Below are positions 46,713-60,442 of a stretch of DNA of 64,000 nt, piece after piece. The notes below the pieces were generated by a model. It did not search any database and had not been told where the DNA came from. It worked only from the letters and a program-made list of their open reading frames with translations. Position 1 is the stretch's first letter. Every line of letters begins with the position of its first letter. Made by a program: the position numbers and the translations under genes. Source of the stretch: Nannocystales bacterium (lineage in GTDB: Bacteria > Myxococcota_A > Polyangia > Nannocystales > Nannocystaceae). The stretch lies in the NCBI GenBank assembly GCA_050633305.1, contig JBOEGF010000009.1, positions 126,314-190,313 on the forward strand, given 5' to 3'.

Positions 46713-48401
46713 ATGTCCCAAGCACCGAACCGAGGGAGCGTCCGCGCAGACGTCCTAAGCGGTATCACCGTCGCCCTGGCACTCGTACCCGAGGCTGTCG
46801 CCTTTGCGTTCGTTGCGGGCGTGCCGCCCGTCGTTGGTCTGTACGGGGCGTTCATGATGGGCCTCATCACGTCGCTCTTCGGTGGGCGCCCTGGGATGAT
46901 CTCGGGGGCAACCGGGGCGATGGCGGTGGTCATGGTTTCGCTCGTGAGCGAGGGCAACGCGCTGGGACTGGCCGCAGGGAGCGACTCCGCGCTCACCGGC
47001 CTGCAGTACCTGTTCGCGACGTTGATTCTCGCAGGCATCCTCCAACTCGGCGCCGGTGCCTTCGGTCTGGGCAAGTTCGTCCGCATGATCCCCAGCTCGG
47101 TGATGATGGGCTTCGTCAACGGGCTGGCCATCGTCATCTTCCTCTCCCAACTCGGGATGTTCCGCACCCAAGGCTCGTGGATGCAAGGCACGCCCTTGAT
47201 GACCATGCTTGGACTGACCGGTCTGACGATGGGGATCATGGTCGTGCTGCCCAAGCTGACGAAGGCCGTTCCGGCGGCCCTGGTCGCCATCGTGACGGTG
47301 GCCGCGATCACGATCCTCGGCGAGATCGATACGCCGACGGTCGCCTCGTTCATCACGGATCGGGGCGGGACCGGAATCGCCGCCGGGCTCCCGAGTTTTG
47401 CGGTCCCGATCATTCCGCTCAACCAGGAGACGCTGGTGTTCATCCTCCCGTATGCCGGGATTCTCGCGGCGATCGGGCTGATCGAGTCTCTGATGACGCT
47501 CAACCTGGTCGATGAACTCACCGAGACCCGCGGCAACGCGAACCGCGAGTGTTTTGCTCAGGGCGCGGCCAACATCGCCAACGGCTTCTTCGGCGGCATG
47601 GGCGGGTGCGCGATGATCGGGCAGAGCATCATCAACATTCAGTCCGGTGGTCGCTCCCGGATCTCCGGTGTCGTCGCGTCGCTCGGCTTGCTCGGCTTCA
47701 TCCTCTTTGGCGCCTCGCTGATCGAGATGGTCCCGATCGCCGCGCTGGTCGGCGTGATGTTCATGGTGGTGATCGGGACGTTCGCGTGGAACACCTTCCG
47801 CATCATCAACAAGGTGCCCGCGGCGGATGTGGCTGTAATGGCGCTCGTCACGGGGCTGACCGTCGTCTTCGATCTTGCCGTCGCGGTGTTGTGCGGCGTC
47901 ATCGTCTCGGCCCTGGTCTTCGCCTGGGAAAACGCGTTGCGGATTCGCGCACGGAAGTCGATCGACGAGCAGGGCGTCAAGCACTACGAGATCTACGGCC
48001 CGCTCTTCTTCGGCTCGACAACCCTGTTCGCCTCGAAGTTCGATGTAGCGTCCGACCCCGACGAGGTCGTTGTCGACTTCGCCGAGTCTCGTATCGTCGA
48101 CCAGAGCGCCATCGAGGCGATCAACAAGCTGGCGGAGCGCTACCAAGCCGCCGCCAAGACGCTCCACCTGCGTCACTTGAGCCCCGACTGCATTGCGCTC
48201 ATTCGCCGCGCCGAAAAGATCTGCGACGTGAATGTGCTCGAGGACCCGGAGTACTTCGTCGCCGTGAACGACTACCGCAACGCGATCGAGAAGACGCTCG
48301 CTGGTGTCACGGACGGCGGAGCGGGCAGGCTTGAAGACGCCGATGTTCATGGGCTCGCTCGCGAGGGCCGGGCTCTGCAGCGACGGACCGACGCGGACTA
48401 A
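46713..48401 (+). CDS. SulP family anion transporter with STAS domain
   Basis: DVLSGITVALALVPEAVAF, GGRPGMISGATGA, GGMGGCAMIGQS, GPLFFGS. Confidence 0.95.
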   Translation: MSQAPNRGSVRADVLSGITVALALVPEAVAFAFVAGVPPVVGLYGAFMMGLITSLFGGRPGMISGATGAMAVVMVSLVSEGNALGLAAGSDSALTGLQYLFATLILAGILQLGAGAFGLGKFVRMIPSSVMMGFVNGLAIVIFLSQLGMFRTQGSWMQGTPLMTMLGLTGLTMGIMVVLPKLTKAVPAALVAIVTVAAITILGEIDTPTVASFITDRGGTGIAAGLPSFAVPIIPLNQETLVFILPYAGILAAIGLIESLMTLNLVDELTETRGNANRECFAQGAANIANGFFGGMGGCAMIGQSIINIQSGGRSRISGVVASLGLLGFILFGASLIEMVPIAALVGVMFMVVIGTFAWNTFRIINKVPAADVAVMALVTGLTVVFDLAVAVLCGVIVSALVFAWENALRIRARKSIDEQGVKHYEIYGPLFFGSTTLFASKFDVASDPDEVVVDFAESRIVDQSAIEAINKLAERYQAAAKTLHLRHLSPDCIALIRRAEKICDVNVLEDPEYFVAVNDYRNAIEKTLAGVTDGGAGRLEDADVHGLAREGRALQRRTDAD

Positions 48402-48509
48402 GGGCCTCTTTTTCGCGTGATAGGCGCGGTTTGGCGGCACACTCCCTCGCATCCGCCAAGAAATTGACCTGGATCCGCCAAACGTTCAGGGTCGCGCCGA
48501 GTGCCGACC

Positions 48510-52897
<4,388 letters not shown>

Positions 52898-52945
52898 CCG
52901 CCGCACGGTCTCCTCGCCTGCTGGTGTCGTGGAACTCGACTCTAG

Positions 52946-53104
52946 CAGGGTGAGGAAAAAGTCCCACGCAGTGCATAACGGCGCCCTCGCCATGCATAGC
53001 TGCGTTCCTCATCGGTCACAGGTGTCCAACCAGCTCCCTCTTCGCGCCTTGCTCTGCATGGCGATGACACCGTTCTGCATACGCGCGACTCTTTCCTCAC
53101 CCTG
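52946..53104. mobile_element. MITE-like non-autonomous element (159 bp) flanked by CTAG
   Basis: Arms of ~55 bp, 45/55 identical as inverted repeats, outer 17/18 (CAGGGTGAGGAAAAAGTC / GACTCTTTCCTCACCCTG); CTAG at 52942-52945 and 53105-53108. Confidence 0.65.
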
Positions 53105-54211
53105 CTAGGGGCTCAGCACCGCCGCGAGCTGCGTCTCGAGGTCGGCCGGAGCACCCGCGATACGGAGGCGCTCCGAGCCGCGTGCGTCGAGGACAACCGT
53201 GGTGGGCACGTCCCGGACCGCGAAGCGGCTGAACCACTCGCCGCCGCGGTCGAGCGCCAGCGGAAACTGAATGCCATACCGCTCTTGATAGCCGCGAACC
53301 TGGTCTTCGTCGGTCCACAGTGATTGCGCGACGCCGATGAACCGGGCTTGCGAACCCAGCGTGGCATGCAGTTCGTTGAGTCGCTCTTGCTGCGCGATGC
53401 AGGCTTTGGACATGGCAGGCCGGCTGTCCGCCAGGTACCAGTCGCACCAGGTCGCCACGAACGAGAGGACGGTGGGTTGCTCTGCCGCTGCCGTGACCTC
53501 GAAAGACCCGCCGTCGAGCAGCTCGAGCGGCGACGCTCCGGATTCGTGAGCGAGCGCAGGGGCCTCGCGCGGGGGCGTTGGGGTGGGTGCGTGGTCGGAG
53601 GACATCGCGGCGAGGGCTTGGTCCAGATCCTGGGACGCGCGGTGCCCGACGTACGCGATCGAGCCGGACGCGTCGATCAAGATGTGCTGGGGGGTGACCT
53701 CGACCTGAAACGCCGCCGCAACCCTTCCGTCGGCGTCGTAGCCGATCGGCATGGACAGGTCGTGGTCGCGCTGAAAATCACGGACGGCGTCCTTGCTTTC
53801 GTTGAGCCCCACGTTGACGGCGACGATGGTCATGTCATCTCCGTACCGCTGCTGCGCAGCCTCGAAGTGCGGCATCTGTTCACGGCAGGGCACACACCAG
53901 GTCGCCCAGAACTTCAGGTAGACGGGCTTGCGGCCGACGACGTCGCTGAGGTCGAGCGAGTCGCCGTCGAGCAGGTCCACGACCGGGGTGGGGGCAGGAT
54001 GCCCGACGACGTCCGCTTCGACGCGTTTCGCCCGGAGTTCGCCGACGTCCTCGATCTCCTCCCCGGTTGCAACGTCTTGCGTTTTCGCGGAGTCCGCATT
54101 CCCGGCTTGCGCGGGTGGCTTTGGCTCTGCGGCGGGAGGCGCCGACGTGGAGCAGGCCAAGGTGGACGCGGTCCACAAGACCATGATGGCGGTCGCGGTT
54201 CGCTGGCTCAT
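53105..54211 (-). CDS. TlpA/redoxin family lipoprotein with two thioredoxin-fold domains
   Basis: TLAC lipobox; FWATWCVPC; second domain FVATWCDWY..VPT. Confidence 0.88.
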   Translation of the reverse strand: MSQRTATAIMVLWTASTLACSTSAPPAAEPKPPAQAGNADSAKTQDVATGEEIEDVGELRAKRVEADVVGHPAPTPVVDLLDGDSLDLSDVVGRKPVYLKFWATWCVPCREQMPHFEAAQQRYGDDMTIVAVNVGLNESKDAVRDFQRDHDLSMPIGYDADGRVAAAFQVEVTPQHILIDASGSIAYVGHRASQDLDQALAAMSSDHAPTPTPPREAPALAHESGASPLELLDGGSFEVTAAAEQPTVLSFVATWCDWYLADSRPAMSKACIAQQERLNELHATLGSQARFIGVAQSLWTDEDQVRGYQERYGIQFPLALDRGGEWFSRFAVRDVPTTVVLDARGSERLRIAGAPADLETQLAAVLSP

Positions 54212-54295
54212 CGGTCGGGACCGTAGCAGCGTGTCGGTGCACGTCCACAGTCAGGGCCCGCGCAGGATGTGCATCCAGATGTCGGCGCTTCGCGC

Positions 54296-54664
54296 CTACC
54301 GGAAGGTTGCGAACGCGACGGCCGACGCGGCCACGAACTCGACGACGAAGTACAGGCGGGGGAAGCGGCCGAACGAACCATCGATCGAGGCCGATATGAG
54401 TCTGCCGATCGCCATGCCGAACAGCGCCGCGGCCACGGCGAATCCTACGCCGGGACGGAGGGTGTCGACGAACGTCGCTGTTGCCAACGCGGCGGCCATC
54501 GCAAGGCCGAATCCTCCGTACACGGCGCGGACCTCGTTGCGGCCGTCCGGGGTCAAAGTGTCGACGCCAAACTGGTCGGTGACACGCGTCGGGAGTACGA
54601 ACGCGATGAGTCCCATCGTGCCGAAGCCCAGCGCGCAGGTCAGGAAGGTCAAGCAAGAGAGCAT
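54296..54664 (-). CDS. DUF4345-like small membrane protein
   Basis: Four TM helices; GRNEVRAVYGGFG, GRLIS. Confidence 0.75.
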   Translation of the reverse strand: MLSCLTFLTCALGFGTMGLIAFVLPTRVTDQFGVDTLTPDGRNEVRAVYGGFGLAMAAALATATFVDTLRPGVGFAVAAALFGMAIGRLISASIDGSFGRFPRLYFVVEFVAASAVAFATFR

Positions 54665-54870
54665 GGGGTTCGAACCTCGTGGTCCGGAGGAGAGCACTGG
54701 TGAAGCGGCGGCGCTTTCGAGAACCGGCCGCGGCGGTTTCCGAGCGTGGCGCGTGGCCATTTTCGCGCCAGCGCAGAGTTCCCCGCGCCGAGACGGTGAG
54801 ATTCGTAGGCGTGCGCCGTTGGCCGTTGGCGGCCCCGCACGGGCTTGGCTCCTGTTACAACCCGCTTTCG

Positions 54871-56052
54871 ATGGCTTCGCCCGCGCACGTCAAGGTTCAG
54901 CTCCGTAAGCCGCTGCGTCGAACGATCCGCCGCGGGCACCCGTGGATCTTTCGCGATGCGCTGGCGCGTCTCAGCTGCACGCCCGGCGATGTCATCACGA
55001 TCGTCGACGAGCGGGACCGGTTCATCGCCCGAGGTTGGGCGGAGGAAGGCCCCATCGCGGTTCGACTGCTCACGACCGTCAACGAGCCGATCGACAAGGA
55101 CCTGCTTCGGGGACGTATCGAAGCGGCTGCGACCCTGCGGGCGCGCATGGTGCCGCCGAACACCACGACGTACCGTCTCTTGCACGGCGAGGGAGATCGG
55201 CTGCCGGGGGTCGTCTGCGACGTCTACGGCAACCACGCCACGCTCAAGCTCGATGGCACCGCGACGCTCGTTTGGCGAGACGCGCTCGTCAGCGCATTGA
55301 TCCCCACGTTGCAGGCCCAAGGGGTTGAGGGCCTCATGCTCCGCACGGGGCGTCGCGGCCAGAAGAAGGTGTCGCAAGTGTGGGGGCAGCCGTGCCCACA
55401 GAAGGTGGTGGTGAGCGAGCAAGGTCTTCAGCTCAGCGTCGACCTCGTGCACGGGCAGAAAACGGGCATGTTCGTCGATCACCGCACCGCGCGTCGGGTG
55501 ACCCGTAAGATCTCCGCCGGGCTCCGGGTCCTCGACCTGTACAGCTACATCGGTGGGTTCTCGGCCTCGGCGGGGCTTGGTGGGGCGTCTTCGGTCGTCA
55601 CCGTCGACATCTCCGCGGGCGCCATCGAGGCGGCCAGCGAGACCTGGGCGCTCAACGGGCTCGACCCGGCGCATCACACCCCCGTGGTCGCCGACGTCCC
55701 CAAGTTCCTCGCCGCCCAGCAAGAAGCGGGCGCCCAGTTCGACCTGATCATCGCCGACCCCCCCAGCTTCGCGCCCAACCATGCCGCGAAGTCCGGCGCG
55801 CTCAAGGCCTACGGCAAGCTGCACCAGGCGTGCTGCCGGTTGCTGGCACCGCGAGGCTATCTCTTGGCGGCCTCCTGCAGCAGCCACGTCACCCGCGATG
55901 ACTTCGAGATGTGCCTGATCGAGGCCGCGGACAAGGTTCGCCGCAACCTCCAAGTGCTCGATCGGTGGGGGGCACCCCCTGATCACCCTAGGTTGCTCGG
56001 ATTCCCCGAGGGTGACTACCTGAAGTCCGTGCTGAGCCGGGCCGTCGACTGA
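54871..56052 (+). CDS. rlmI: Class I SAM-dependent rRNA methyltransferase (RlmI-like)
   Basis: GHPWIF PUA-like start, [31 protein letters not shown]. Confidence 0.85.
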   Translation: MASPAHVKVQLRKPLRRTIRRGHPWIFRDALARLSCTPGDVITIVDERDRFIARGWAEEGPIAVRLLTTVNEPIDKDLLRGRIEAAATLRARMVPPNTTTYRLLHGEGDRLPGVVCDVYGNHATLKLDGTATLVWRDALVSALIPTLQAQGVEGLMLRTGRRGQKKVSQVWGQPCPQKVVVSEQGLQLSVDLVHGQKTGMFVDHRTARRVTRKISAGLRVLDLYSYIGGFSASAGLGGASSVVTVDISAGAIEAASETWALNGLDPAHHTPVVADVPKFLAAQQEAGAQFDLIIADPPSFAPNHAAKSGALKAYGKLHQACCRLLAPRGYLLAASCSSHVTRDDFEMCLIEAADKVRRNLQVLDRWGAPPDHPRLLGFPEGDYLKSVLSRAVD

Positions 56053-56149
56053 TCCGTGCAACCGGGGGCAGTGGTGGCCGTCGTACCCTCCACGGTGGCC
56101 CCGGTGCTCGGTGGGCGAGCACCCCGCAGCGACCCCCAGGTATAAACAC

Positions 56150-57496
56150 ATGATGTCCCGCGCCCTTAGCTCCTTCTCCCTTGCAACGCTGTGTGCGCTG
56201 CTCCCTAGCACTGCACTCGCCGACGAGGTGCTGGACGCGTCCGGCGTCGTGATCGATTTTACCGGTTTCGATGGCTCAGGGTTCGCCCCCGAGCCGGCCG
56301 AGGGCCAGTTGGACTCGGATGACTGGATCGTCACGGGGCTCAGCGATGGGGACTTCGACTTCGGCGACACCGTGATGACGGGCGACTACGCGCGCGGGGT
56401 CTCGGAGGGTGGGGAGACGACGGGTGGGGTGTACGCGTTCGATCCAGAGAACGACGCCACGACCCTCGCGCTCGGTGTCCAGCCCGGCGAGACAGACTTC
56501 ACGCCGGGTGCGTTCATCCTGCGGCTACAGAACCAGACAGGCGGCGTCCTCAACCGCCTTCAACTCGCCAGCACGCTGTTCGTCTTCAACAATGCCGCGC
56601 GTAGCAACAGCTTGACCCTCGAATACTCCACGGACAACGAAACATGGCTGGCTGTCGTCGGGGCCACCGTGACCTCCGGCGAGGCGGCGGACGCACCGGC
56701 AACATGGGTCGCTACGGACACCGACGACGTCATCGACATGCTTGGCGTCGGCGAAGGTGAGTTCATCTACTTCCGGTGGCAAGGCGACGACGTGAGCGAT
56801 GCTGGCTCGAGGGACGAGTTCGCGATCGACGACATCTTTGTCCTGCCGATCTCCATCTGCGGCAACAACACGATGGATCCCGGCGAAGCCTGTGACGACG
56901 GCAACACCGACGACGACGACGGCTGCACATCTCTGTGCATGTCGGCAACGTGCGGCGATGGCTTCGTGCAGAAGGACTTCGAGCAGTGCGACGACGGCAA
57001 CGACGACAACACCGATGAATGCATCGCCTGCGTGCTCGCCGAGTGCGGAGATGGCTTCGTGCAAGAGGGCGTCGAAGAGTGCGACGACGGCAACGGAGAT
57101 GACGGAGACGAGTGCGCCAACGACTGCACGCTCGGCGAGGACCCTTCAACCTCCGGAGCCACGAGCACAGACGGCGAGACGGGCGATGCCGAGACCGGAA
57201 ATGCCACCGGCGATACCGACGGCGGTTCCACGGGCGGAGCCTCGGGAGATCCCACGGCCGCCAGCACCGACGCGACGGTGACCGCCGGCGCAACGGTCAC
57301 CATCACGGTCACCGACGGCAACGCGAGCGGCGATGGCTCGGATGACGACGGCAGTGGCGGGGCGGACTCGGCAGGCTCGGACGACGACAGTGGCGGCTGT
57401 GCGGTCGGTGGCCGGGGACGCGGAGGTGCGCCCTGGCTGCTCGCCGCATTCGGTGTGCTTGGCCTGCGCCGACGACGGCGTATGTTGGCTCGCTGA
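56150..57496 (+). CDS. Exported protein with myxobacterial Cys-rich (CDDGN) repeats and a MYXO-CTERM sorting tail
   Basis: Signal peptide; three CG(N/D)..CDDGN repeats; C-terminal [24 protein letters not shown]. Confidence 0.88.
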   Translation: MMSRALSSFSLATLCALLPSTALADEVLDASGVVIDFTGFDGSGFAPEPAEGQLDSDDWIVTGLSDGDFDFGDTVMTGDYARGVSEGGETTGGVYAFDPENDATTLALGVQPGETDFTPGAFILRLQNQTGGVLNRLQLASTLFVFNNAARSNSLTLEYSTDNETWLAVVGATVTSGEAADAPATWVATDTDDVIDMLGVGEGEFIYFRWQGDDVSDAGSRDEFAIDDIFVLPISICGNNTMDPGEACDDGNTDDDDGCTSLCMSATCGDGFVQKDFEQCDDGNDDNTDECIACVLAECGDGFVQEGVEECDDGNGDDGDECANDCTLGEDPSTSGATSTDGETGDAETGNATGDTDGGSTGGASGDPTAASTDATVTAGATVTITVTDGNASGDGSDDDGSGGADSAGSDDDSGGCAVGGRGRGGAPWLLAAFGVLGLRRRRRMLAR

Positions 57497-57590
57497 AATC
57501 GCAGTGGTCCCGGAGACGGACCGCGCGTAGGGGGACAAATCCCCCAACAAGTCCTTGAAGGCTCCGGCGAATGGCCTCATTCCGTAAGGG

Positions 57591-59840
57591 ATGGCCTCAG
57601 CCAAGCGCGACGACCGACGGGGCGTCCCACGTCTCCTCGGGGCGCGTGATCGGACGATGTCGCTGATCGCCGCGGTGTTGGAGGAGGAAGAGGCCGAGCG
57701 TGAAGCCCCCGCGCGGCAGCATCGAAAATCGCTCGCCCGCGGTCGTGTCGGGTTCGTGCTGACGGCCGGATTCGGCTGTGCGCTCGCTGCGTTGGCGGGT
57801 GGACTGGGAGCTTCCTGGCTCGACACGCCCGAGCTCGATCAGTTCGAGGCGCTGCTCGAGGTCGGTGGCGTCGATGCTCTCGAGGATGCGCTGTCCGAGC
57901 TGGAGGCCGTCTCCGGTGCGGACTCCTCCTCCCGTGCCCGGATCGCTCGGGCTCACGCGCGGGCCCAGCAGGCGGCCTGGGGTTCAGCCTTCATCGCGGA
58001 GGCGGACGGGTTGCTGGCGCCCGGTGACGACGGTGTGCACGCCGCTCGGGCATCGGCTCTGCTCGCAGGGATGGAGGGCACCGCGCGGGATGCCGAGGGT
58101 GCCTGGGCACGCGGTCTTGCGGCGGGTCGCAGCCTCGAAGTCACTGCGATGCATCGGGCGGTGGACGAGCTCCAAGCACAGCGTCGCCGACCGGCCGGTG
58201 CCACGCGCACGCTTGCCGCGCTCCAGTTTTCGCTCGGAGACGTCTCCGCGGCGTTTGCCACCCTCGAGGAGGTGCACACTCCGCAGGCGGCCGCCGACCG
58301 AGCGTTCCATGCCGCCTGGGTTGGACCCGTGCAGGACCAAGCTCCGATCCTCGCGCAGGAGGTTCCGGGCCGGAATTCATTGCTGAGGGCGTTTTCGGCG
58401 ATCCGAGATGCGGACCACGAGCAGGCCGTTCTCGCGCTGGCCGATGCCCGCGGGCACCTGCTGCCGTGGGACCCCGTCGCCGTGAGCACGGCGCTTCGGT
58501 TGAGTTTTATCGCCGCCGATGCGCAGGGCCTGCGGTCCTGGTCCAAGGACGACTCGCGGCCTTGGTCCGCCGAGGTCCGCACGTTGGCGGCCGCGTATGC
58601 CGACGTCCTTTCCGGACAAACCGACAGCGCACAAGCGCGATTGGACGGCTTTTCGGCCGACGCTCCGTGGGTGGCCTACCTCGGTGGATTTGTCGCCGCG
58701 GAGCAGCAGCAGTGGCCGGATGCAATGCGCCACTGTGCGGTTGCGCGACGGGGAATGGCGGGGCGGGCCGAGCTCGACGTTCTCGCCGCCTGGGTGGCGA
58801 CCCATGTCTTGGACGCCGAGGTCGCACATGCCCAGCTCGTCGGGTTGTCCGAACATGCAGCGTGGGCGCCTCGGGTGTGGACCGCCTTGGCGCGAGCGTC
58901 GGAGCGTGTCGGCGCGCCGCAACAACAGGTTGAGAGGTTCTACGAGCGGGCGCTCGAGGTCGAGCATCGTCCGGCTGCGGCCGCGGCTGCGCTGGCCGCT
59001 CGGGCGTCGGGGGATGAAGCGCTTCACCTTTGGACGATGGCGAGTGAGTTCGAGCCCGCCGCGGCGCAGTACCGGGTGTCTCTGGGGATGACGCAGGTCG
59101 GCCAGGGTCGACTCGCGGAGGGGTGGTCCAACGCGAGTTCACTCGAGCATGGGGACGCCGATGCCTGGCTGTCGCTGGTCCAGCTGGCCCTCTTCCGGGC
59201 CCGTGCCGGCGGGACCGTGGATTCCCGTGCCGAGGGTTGGGTCCGCAAGGCCGAGGCTGCGGCCGCAACGACCGAAGCGGTCGAAGTGGCTCGGCTACAA
59301 GTAGCGTTCGCGCGAGGGGAGGACGTCTCGAAGCAGGCCCGAGCCTTGAGCCGGGACTACCCGCGACGTGCCGATGCTGCGGCACTCTCGATTCGCAGCC
59401 AGGGACGCGCGGGCCGCGTGCTCGCCGCGCGCCGCGACGCGGTGCTGGCCCGCAGCCGTCTCGAGAGGCCCGAGATCCCGCTGACGACGCTGGCACTTGC
59501 AGAGGTCCTCCGCGAACACGGCGAGCTCCGAGAGGCCGCACAGCTCGCGTTCAAGGCTTGGAGTGGATTGTCGCCGGAGGCCGACGCCCTCGAGGCCCTC
59601 GTCGTGGCTCGGACGGCGGCGGACATCTGGCTGGACCTCGGGAACGCGTCCGGCGCTCGGTCGATCGCCCGAGAGCTGACGAGCCGGCTGCCGGCGAGTC
59701 CCGATGCCTGGTTGCTCCGCGCGCGTGTCCAGATCGCCGCGGGGGTGCCCGCCTCTGCGTGCCGGAGTCTGGGTCGCGCTCGAACCCTCGATCCCGATGT
59801 GGTGCTCGAAGGCTCGCGGTGCGAGGCAGACCCCGCGTAA
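57591..59840 (+). CDS. Membrane-anchored TPR-like helical repeat protein
   Basis: One TM helix near the N-terminus, Ala-rich helical repeats, C-terminal PDAWLLRARVQ..ARTLDP. Confidence 0.7.
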   Translation: MASAKRDDRRGVPRLLGARDRTMSLIAAVLEEEEAEREAPARQHRKSLARGRVGFVLTAGFGCALAALAGGLGASWLDTPELDQFEALLEVGGVDALEDALSELEAVSGADSSSRARIARAHARAQQAAWGSAFIAEADGLLAPGDDGVHAARASALLAGMEGTARDAEGAWARGLAAGRSLEVTAMHRAVDELQAQRRRPAGATRTLAALQFSLGDVSAAFATLEEVHTPQAAADRAFHAAWVGPVQDQAPILAQEVPGRNSLLRAFSAIRDADHEQAVLALADARGHLLPWDPVAVSTALRLSFIAADAQGLRSWSKDDSRPWSAEVRTLAAAYADVLSGQTDSAQARLDGFSADAPWVAYLGGFVAAEQQQWPDAMRHCAVARRGMAGRAELDVLAAWVATHVLDAEVAHAQLVGLSEHAAWAPRVWTALARASERVGAPQQQVERFYERALEVEHRPAAAAAALAARASGDEALHLWTMASEFEPAAAQYRVSLGMTQVGQGRLAEGWSNASSLEHGDADAWLSLVQLALFRARAGGTVDSRAEGWVRKAEAAAATTEAVEVARLQVAFARGEDVSKQARALSRDYPRRADAAALSIRSQGRAGRVLAARRDAVLARSRLERPEIPLTTLALAEVLREHGELREAAQLAFKAWSGLSPEADALEALVVARTAADIWLDLGNASGARSIARELTSRLPASPDAWLLRARVQIAAGVPASACRSLGRARTLDPDVVLEGSRCEADPA

Positions 59841-59867
59841 CCTGCCCGGGCAACCGCGACGCGGTCT

Positions 59868-60353
59868 CTACCCGATCTCGAAGTCGAAGGCGGGGATGTC
59901 GGGGTCCTCGACCGCAAACTCGACCTCGAAACCCGGAGGAGGCTCCATCTCGGACTCGGGTTCGATACCCATCGGGGGCTCGACCGCGGCTCCGGCCGCG
60001 ACCTCGTCGTCCTCGTCTTCGACGAGATCGGAGAGCTCCTGAACGTCGTCTTCGTCCGGGACGTCGCCCGCGATCGACCCCGATGGTCGAAATGCGACGA
60101 CCTCCACCCATTCCGCGTCGATCAGCTCCTCGAGTCGCAGGAGCGCGTCGTCGTGCCGATCGAAGTCCGAAGGCGTCCACGCGAACTCGCGCACGAGGAA
60201 GTCGACCACGCGCTCGAGCGCGTCCCGAGGCCCGTGGCGAAGGACGCGGACAAACTCCTGCGCAGGTACGGTGTCACCCGCATCGCGTTGCGAAGCCCGG
60301 CCTCGCTGACACCGGTACAGCTCGAATCGCTGTAGACCGTCGTACACCCGCAC
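59868..60353 (-). CDS. Hypothetical protein with acidic C-terminus
   Basis: Fills the gap between neighbours and reads as protein; GTG start is a best guess (ORF open to 60377). Confidence 0.6.
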   Translation of the reverse strand: MRVYDGLQRFELYRCQRGRASQRDAGDTVPAQEFVRVLRHGPRDALERVVDFLVREFAWTPSDFDRHDDALLRLEELIDAEWVEVVAFRPSGSIAGDVPDEDDVQELSDLVEDEDDEVAAGAAVEPPMGIEPESEMEPPPGFEVEFAVEDPDIPAFDFEIG

Positions 60354-60442
60354 ACAGCCACCGTACCATGTCCACACGATACCGACCTGAGGTTGTGACC
60401 GCCGTGAATGCGCGCGAGACTTGGGAGGAGTAGCCGAGCACG

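Noticed and set aside
57497..57590. Cluster of small hairpins (GGGGGA-CAAA-TCCCCC and others) as a riboswitch or tRNA
   Set aside because: No recognisable aptamer consensus or cloverleaf/T-loop; at most a terminator-like structure
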